A stretch of DNA of 64,000 nucleotides from contig CANRWO010000011.1 of assembly GCA_947643615.1 (NCBI GenBank), positions 10,195-74,194 on the forward strand, in the 5' to 3' direction. This document shows, in pieces, positions 58,474-64,000 of the stretch. The position numbers were made by a program, and so were the translations under genes. The DNA comes from an uncultured Lachnospiraceae bacterium (GTDB lineage: Bacteria > Bacillota > Clostridia > Lachnospirales > Lachnospiraceae). The number at the start of each line of letters is the position of its first letter. Within the stretch, counting starts at the first letter, position 1. Below the pieces are notes generated by a model that saw only the letters and a program-made list of their open reading frames with translations, did no database searches and was not told the origin of the DNA.

Positions 58474-59319
58474 ATGAATACGGTTTTTTTAGTGATTGTC
58501 ATATTGGTGATCATCATTATCCTGTTGGAAATCGTGAAATGGCGGATTCCGGAAAAAGCGGAGAGCGGACCGGATACCGATGTAGGAACTTGTATGACGA
58601 TTGGAAGCAGGGATGTGCAGGAGGACCAGCTTGGAGTCATGGAGACCGCAGCGGGTATTATGGCAGTGTTGGCGGACGGTGCGGGAAAAACTTATGGAGG
58701 CCGGATTGCGGCCAGGACAGCCGTGAACACATTCCAGGATATTTTTCGGGACTATAATGCTTTTAATAACCCCCAATATTATTTCAGAAAAGCTTTCCAC
58801 TGTGCCAACAGGGAAATCCTGAAGGCTGTGGGAGATGAGAGCCGCGGTACAGCCAGCGTGGGATGTGTTATGGCCCGGGGAGGTTTCCTGTACTATGCGC
58901 TGGTGGGAAATGTAAAGGTCTGTGTATTTCGGGAAGATTCTCTAATCCCTGTGTCTGTGGGACACACGGTTGCGGTGATGGCGGAACAGAAATTTCGGGA
59001 AGGTAAGATATCGAGACAGGACACCATAGAACTGCTTGAAAACCAGAGGCTCTATAACTACCTGGGAAAAGACGACTTTCAGGATATTGAATTTTTTGAT
59101 GCCCCCATACGGCTGAAAACAGGAGACATTGTGGCGCTGATGAGCGACGGCGTGTACGACTTTCTGGGTTTTAAAGAGGTAGAAGAGATTCTCCGGGGAA
59201 AAGGCAGCTGCCGGGAAATGGCATTGGCAGTCATTGAAAAAGTGAATTGCGGAGCCGGTGACCAGAAGGACAATGCAAGCGTAATTCTGATCAGGGTGAG
59301 AAACGAGGCTGTGGGATGA
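58474..59319 (+). CDS. Membrane-anchored PP2C/PPM Ser/Thr phosphatase
   Basis: N-terminal TM; GSRDVQED, LADGAG, MSDGV, DNASV motifs all intact. Confidence 0.9.
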   Translation: MNTVFLVIVILVIIIILLEIVKWRIPEKAESGPDTDVGTCMTIGSRDVQEDQLGVMETAAGIMAVLADGAGKTYGGRIAARTAVNTFQDIFRDYNAFNNPQYYFRKAFHCANREILKAVGDESRGTASVGCVMARGGFLYYALVGNVKVCVFREDSLIPVSVGHTVAVMAEQKFREGKISRQDTIELLENQRLYNYLGKDDFQDIEFFDAPIRLKTGDIVALMSDGVYDFLGFKEVEEILRGKGSCREMALAVIEKVNCGAGDQKDNASVILIRVRNEAVG

Positions 59320-61094
59320 GAAAGCAGAATTCGGAATTTTTGACGGCGTTCACGTCTGAAGCCAGCAATGACATCAAAAATACAGATTACTTTGGTTTCG
59401 TGGAACTGGATGATTTTGCGTGCTATGTCATTGCGGACGGGATTGACGACCAGTTGGAGGCTCTGAGTGCAAGACTGGCGGTCACTGCGGCTACCAACGC
59501 ATTTTTAGAGGCCCCGTCCATGGGGCGCCGTACCGTCAAGAAATGCCTCAGGGCAGCCAACAAGGCGCTGTTGGAGGCAAAAAGCAAGACCAAACTGAAG
59601 GCATCTGTGTTGATCGTAGTCACTAACTATGTGAAGCTGCGGTATGGACAGGCGGGCAACATCAGGCTGCGTCTGTACCGCAACGGATTTTTACAGCATG
59701 CCACGGCGGATCAGTCTCTTACGATGGAGCTGGTCCGTGAGGAGAAAGTTCCCCGGGATAAAGTGGCGGAGCATATTGAGAGAAATAATTTATTTACCTA
59801 TCTGGGACAGGAGAAGGATTTCCACCCCCATGTGTCCAAAAAGATCAAGCTGACCAATTCGGACGCGGTAGCGCTATATACGCGCGGAGTGTGGGAGCAT
59901 GTGGATGAAGGGGAGCTGAAGGATTTATTTGCCGATGCCACGGACCAGCCGGAGGAGACCGTGGACGGCATGGAGGATCTTTTGCTGTCAAGGCAGCCGG
60001 GAGACTTACAGAAATATACCTTTGTGGTTATCTTCGCCAATAAATTGTTTGTAGACCCGAACCGGAAGAGAAAGATCCGCAGGGTCATTATGGCCGCTAT
60101 CCCAATCATTACGCTGATTGCAGTCGCGGGGGTGCTGCTGATGCTGCGGCATAACAGGAGAGAAGACAAGAAAGCACAGCTGCAGCTGGCTTATACGGAT
60201 ACTATAGAGTATATACAGATAAATAATTATATCAGGGCGGGAGAGACCTGTGGAAATGCCTATAGTCTGGCGGAGGAGCTAAAGGACCGGGGCATGCAGG
60301 CGGAGTTAGGCAATTGCCGGAAGCTAATCGAGGCGGTCCAGGCTGCACAGGGCCTTTTGGACGCTGAAGAGTACGCAGAGGCACAGAGCGCGTTTTTAGA
60401 GGCGGCGAAGCAGTCGGCGTATGTGGACAATTTGGGTTTGGATTATATCAAAGAAAAACTGGAATTGACGGCAGGCTATATCTCCGTGTATGACTCCATC
60501 TACCTGGGAGACAGCCTGATGCAGAACCTGCAGTATGACAGGGCAGAAGAGAAATACCTGGAAGCAAAGGCACAGGCTTTGAAGCTCTATTTTGACAGTG
60601 GGCGCAGCGCGGCAATAGAAGCGCTGGAGAAGCTGTATGAGGAACGGAGGGCACTGGCAGAGGCGGAAGAAGAGGCGAGGCAGGAACAGCTTGCAGCAGA
60701 GGAATCAGGGGCAAATTTTATTGCCCAGGGCGACGTGGTATTTGCCCAGGGAGATTATGAGAGTGCTTTGGTGTATTATACCTCTGCACTGCAAAAGTAT
60801 GAACAGCTGGGGGATGAAATCCAAAAAGAAGCAGTGCAGGCAAAATTGGATGTCACAATGCGGAAAATAGAGGATAAGGATAAACTGGCTTCGGAGGCAG
60901 ACGGGTATATGGCCCAGGCTTCCAGTGCCATGGACGCCGGGGACTATATCGGAGCAAGGAAATACTATCTGTTGGCCAGGGATGTATATGCCACCATAAA
61001 GGATGAAGAAGGGTTGGGTGAGGTTTCCAGAAAGATGGAGATGCTGGATATTAAGGAAAGCAGCCAGCCACCGGTGCAGGAAAGCGAGGAATAG
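59316..61094 (+). CDS. PP2C-like domain (degenerate), TM helix and TPR/coiled-coil ectodomain
   Basis: IADGID retained but YTRGV replaces SDG and KYTF replaces DN; TM, then tandem Ala/Tyr-rich TPR-like helices; ATGA overlap. Confidence 0.8.
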   Translation: MRKQNSEFLTAFTSEASNDIKNTDYFGFVELDDFACYVIADGIDDQLEALSARLAVTAATNAFLEAPSMGRRTVKKCLRAANKALLEAKSKTKLKASVLIVVTNYVKLRYGQAGNIRLRLYRNGFLQHATADQSLTMELVREEKVPRDKVAEHIERNNLFTYLGQEKDFHPHVSKKIKLTNSDAVALYTRGVWEHVDEGELKDLFADATDQPEETVDGMEDLLLSRQPGDLQKYTFVVIFANKLFVDPNRKRKIRRVIMAAIPIITLIAVAGVLLMLRHNRREDKKAQLQLAYTDTIEYIQINNYIRAGETCGNAYSLAEELKDRGMQAELGNCRKLIEAVQAAQGLLDAEEYAEAQSAFLEAAKQSAYVDNLGLDYIKEKLELTAGYISVYDSIYLGDSLMQNLQYDRAEEKYLEAKAQALKLYFDSGRSAAIEALEKLYEERRALAEAEEEARQEQLAAEESGANFIAQGDVVFAQGDYESALVYYTSALQKYEQLGDEIQKEAVQAKLDVTMRKIEDKDKLASEADGYMAQASSAMDAGDYIGARKYYLLARDVYATIKDEEGLGEVSRKMEMLDIKESSQPPVQESEE

Positions 61095-61103
61095 ACGGAA
61101 GGC

Positions 61104-62459
61104 ATGGCTGTGTATAGTAATGACGGAAAAGAGGTGCCGGGTTTGGAAGAAAACAGCGGATTTGATATGGAAGAATATATTAACAGGCGTATGCTGGAAA
61201 TTTCCAGCCTGGAAGACAGGGTTCTGTATAGGGAAATTGTGGGAGACGTTCTTCTGAAGTTATACCATTATAATCAGAAGTCCTATGAAAGGCTGGAAGG
61301 CAGGATACAGGGCGAAGTCAGGCCTGAACAGGGCAGCTACGCAGTATATCTGACCATGACTGACAGGGAACATTATGATGCCACGGATGAATTCATGTAT
61401 CCCATGGCGGAGGAAGATGTCCGGAAGACGGAAGTTTCCTACCAGGATATACGGGAAGCTCTGGCAGAAAAGAGAAAATTGCGGCTTTATTCCGTTTTCC
61501 TGGCTACAAGCGCCTCCAATGTATATCGCATATTGCATGAGAACAGGGAATTCCATGGGACTATCCGAACCAAGAACAGGGAGTACAAGGGAACCTTCAC
61601 GGTAGGGCGAAATGAAAAGTACCTGAATATGGTGAAGGAGCTATACTATATATTTGCCGTAAACTACCAACCCTGGATAACGGTGTGCGAAGCTTATCTG
61701 ACCAAGATATTGGACGTATATTTATGTTCCGCGGAGAGCCTGCCGGAAAAAGATGATATCGAGGAAATACGCGTTGACTTTGAGGAATATTCGGAGTCAG
61801 CCAGGAATGGAATGATACCGCTGTGGAACTTAAAGAAGATTCATGAGAAGACAAGTACTTACCCGGAACCCGGCATTGACAAGATAAATTACGAGCACCA
61901 GATTTTTTCACATCGCTTAAATGCGGACTGCGAGTATCTGGTAATGAATACGGATGTGGAAATTACTAATATCCGGCGCATGAAGGGAGATTTGCTGATC
62001 TCCTGCCCGGCTGACAGGCCCTGCGACTGGAGCCTGTACCAAGTGAATAAATGCAAAGACAGGCGCCGGTATCTTTATCCCGTATTATCCAATTGCTTTA
62101 AGGAAAGCTTCTCGGGGAGTATAACGGAAATGTACCGCAGGAGCATTAAGACGAAAGCGGAGATGGCCCGCCTGATAGAATCCTTTCCCTATGGAGAGTA
62201 TGTACATTTCATGGGAATGGAGATTGGGGAAGAACTTCCTAAGGGTTGGGAAAGCAGCAATTACAATATGGACGGCTTCATACAGGATGAGATCCGCATA
62301 GGGCATTCTAAACTGGTGTTGACGCTTTTCTTTGCACCTGTTGACAGGGAAAATTACCTCAACGAGGACATTATGAGCTTTCTGGTAACACAGGTACAGA
62401 AGCTTTTCCCGGAGTATATGTGTGTCGGGAGCATGGTCCGTGGCTTTGGAGAAGTGTGA
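61104..62459 (+). CDS. 451-aa protein; possible baseplate wedge subunit (TssF-like)
   Basis: Coding status clear; function inferred from position, size and C-terminal alpha/beta pattern only. Confidence 0.35.
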   Translation: MAVYSNDGKEVPGLEENSGFDMEEYINRRMLEISSLEDRVLYREIVGDVLLKLYHYNQKSYERLEGRIQGEVRPEQGSYAVYLTMTDREHYDATDEFMYPMAEEDVRKTEVSYQDIREALAEKRKLRLYSVFLATSASNVYRILHENREFHGTIRTKNREYKGTFTVGRNEKYLNMVKELYYIFAVNYQPWITVCEAYLTKILDVYLCSAESLPEKDDIEEIRVDFEEYSESARNGMIPLWNLKKIHEKTSTYPEPGIDKINYEHQIFSHRLNADCEYLVMNTDVEITNIRRMKGDLLISCPADRPCDWSLYQVNKCKDRRRYLYPVLSNCFKESFSGSITEMYRRSIKTKAEMARLIESFPYGEYVHFMGMEIGEELPKGWESSNYNMDGFIQDEIRIGHSKLVLTLFFAPVDRENYLNEDIMSFLVTQVQKLFPEYMCVGSMVRGFGEV

Positions 62460-62471
62460 AAGCTATGAGCA

Positions 62472-63191
62472 ATGGGCAGCGCAGAAATGAGGGTAAGCAT
62501 GAATTTTATATGGGATATCGCACTCAGGGCAGAGGGGCAGGGCATAACGGAAAGAGAAATGTTCTTTCGCCAGGCAAAAGAATACAGTCCATTTTCGGAA
62601 CAGGCATTTTCCTGTTTGAACGAAAAAGAGATTTCGGGCAGTGAGGTGGAGTTGAATCTTCTTTTTCGGTTTGCGCCTGTTTTCCAGGAAATTTTGCGGG
62701 AAGATGCGGGGGATTGCCCGGAATTTAGTAAATACCTGGTAGATGCGGCGCTACATATGATTTTATATACGGATTTAAGGCAGGGACTGACAAGGCGTGA
62801 CATCTACGTCCGTAGGGTGATGGCAGAATTGGAAGATGGAACCTTTTGGAGAGATGCGTCGGAGGACTTTAAGCTGATTCCCCGTGAAAAGAGGAATCGC
62901 CTGGCTACTTTAGTGCTGGGACAGATGGAGACAGGCTCTTCTCTTATGGGATTTCGAAGGGGCGTGGTGGTGCTGTTCCCGAATGCCATTCTCTACCAGG
63001 TCAGGGCGGACAAAAAGAAACTGCTCCTCTATCTGAAGGAAAATGAAACAGAAAAATATAAGAGAATGCTCCGCTTTGTCCAGGATATGTTTCTGCCGGT
63101 GAGCTACAGCCTGCGCATATTCTGGAAATACCACTTTGGCATCATCGGGGTGGACGAGGCGATGAAAATGGACGAAATAGCCATTTATTAG
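62472..63191 (+). CDS. 239-aa protein; possible baseplate subunit (TssG-like)
   Basis: Coding status clear; C-terminal ...FVQDMFLPVSYSLRIFW pattern is reminiscent of phage/T6SS baseplate proteins; weak. Confidence 0.35.
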   Translation: MGSAEMRVSMNFIWDIALRAEGQGITEREMFFRQAKEYSPFSEQAFSCLNEKEISGSEVELNLLFRFAPVFQEILREDAGDCPEFSKYLVDAALHMILYTDLRQGLTRRDIYVRRVMAELEDGTFWRDASEDFKLIPREKRNRLATLVLGQMETGSSLMGFRRGVVVLFPNAILYQVRADKKKLLLYLKENETEKYKRMLRFVQDMFLPVSYSLRIFWKYHFGIIGVDEAMKMDEIAIY

Positions 63192-63365
63192 TAACAGTTC
63201 AGCCATGCAATGATTCATGGATTGCGCGTGGGCGCTCGCACACAAAGCGCAACCCGTGAATTGTTGCATGAGCGGAACGCCCTCATATGAAGTAAAAGAT
63301 GAGCCGCGTAAGCGGCGTCGGCTGCGAAGCAGACGCTTTTATGAATAAGAGGGCTGAACTGTTAC
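63191..63365. mobile_element. 175-bp MITE-like element with 14-bp terminal inverted repeats
   Basis: GTAACAGTTCAGCC (63191-63204) / GGCTGAACTGTTAC (63352-63365); non-coding, hairpin-rich interior. Confidence 0.7.
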
Positions 63366-63407
63366 AATTACTGACGCACAGGCAGTTTGCAAAGGATGTG
63401 ATACACA

Positions 63408-64000
63408 ATGGATAGATATACCTATACGCTGAACCAGAAAGGCACAAAAGAGGAAAAGCTTCATTACTACACCTTGGAGGAGCTGGAACTGATGACCACT
63501 TACCAGCTTCGTGACATCTGCTGGAAGGAACAGATCATCAACGGAATCCAGGCGCCCCTGGATAAGGAGGAGCTGATCCGGCAGATCATGCGTTTCCGGG
63601 GAAGGAAAAACAACCTGTTTATCACCACACAGGATAAGGAAGGGATGGAGAGGCTGGAGGGGCTGCTCAAGGAGGCTGTCATACATGGCCTCCCCCAGCC
63701 GGTCAAAGGATGTGCCAAAATTATCGTATACAAAGGAGTTGCGGTGACTTACTTTGACCATTTTACCATTGGCTATCGTCCGGAGCTTGTAAACACCAAC
63801 GCTTTGTTGGTGAGTGGGAACCAAATTTGTGCCATCTTTCAGGTAAAGCAATACGGAGGACGGTCAGATTGCCTGTATCTGACGAAAGCGGCAGGAATTA
63901 CGTGCAGGGAATCTGCCGTGAAAAGCTACCGCCTTTATTGTATGGACCGTGCCCAGTCAGAGTGGATATACCGTTTATACCACGCCGATTATGATACCTT
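63408..64000 (+). CDS. Large protein, 3'-truncated by the window; N-terminal HeH/Rho-N-like motif
   Basis: Not in the ORF track. AAGGATGTG RBS; 197 codons with no stop: MDRYTYTLNQKGTKEEKLHYYTLEELELMTTYQLRDICWKEQIINGIQAPLDKEELIRQIMRFRG... Confidence 0.85.
   Translation, partial: MDRYTYTLNQKGTKEEKLHYYTLEELELMTTYQLRDICWKEQIINGIQAPLDKEELIRQIMRFRGRKNNLFITTQDKEGMERLEGLLKEAVIHGLPQPVKGCAKIIVYKGVAVTYFDHFTIGYRPELVNTNALLVSGNQICAIFQVKQYGGRSDCLYLTKAAGITCRESAVKSYRLYCMDRAQSEWIYRLYHADYDT

Noticed and set aside
51670-64000. Prophage or type VII secretion interpretation of the right-hand cluster
   Set aside because: No integrase, capsid, terminase, portal or lysis genes, and no FtsK/EssC ATPase or WXG100 protein within the window; the downstream part is unseen.
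1-64000. CRISPR array, rRNA, tRNA or autonomous IS element
   Set aside because: No regularly spaced repeat-spacer array, no recognisable stable RNA motifs and no transposase ORF were seen by eye.

Overview
Chromosomal window from a Firmicute, most likely Lachnospiraceae (inferred from gene content: MCPs, hybrid kinases, galK-galT, LCP, VanW, trmL, a polyamine operon). Bases 1-42 kb are mostly signalling, carbohydrate and housekeeping genes, with a few small ORFs missing from the ORF track and several structured intergenic elements. An AT-rich island at 42.4-44.75 kb encodes a secreted protein and two mosaic tandem lipoproteins. The polyamine operon (speD, Lys/Arg decarboxylase, speE, carboxyspermidine dehydrogenase) has a highly structured leader of about 430 nt. 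Main candidate for an undescribed system: 51.7 kb to the window end, a co-directional cluster of vWA membrane protein, 729-aa protein with TssC/sheath-like C-terminal motifs, two paralogous 141/142-aa Hcp/tube-like proteins, a J-domain protein, two FHA proteins, two PP2C proteins (one degenerate), two possible baseplate proteins and a large truncated ORF. It resembles a T6SS-like contractile apparatus with its own phospho-regulation module in a Gram-positive host. All homology calls were made by eye from motifs and need profile/structure searches. No rRNA, tRNA, CRISPR array or intact transposase was seen.
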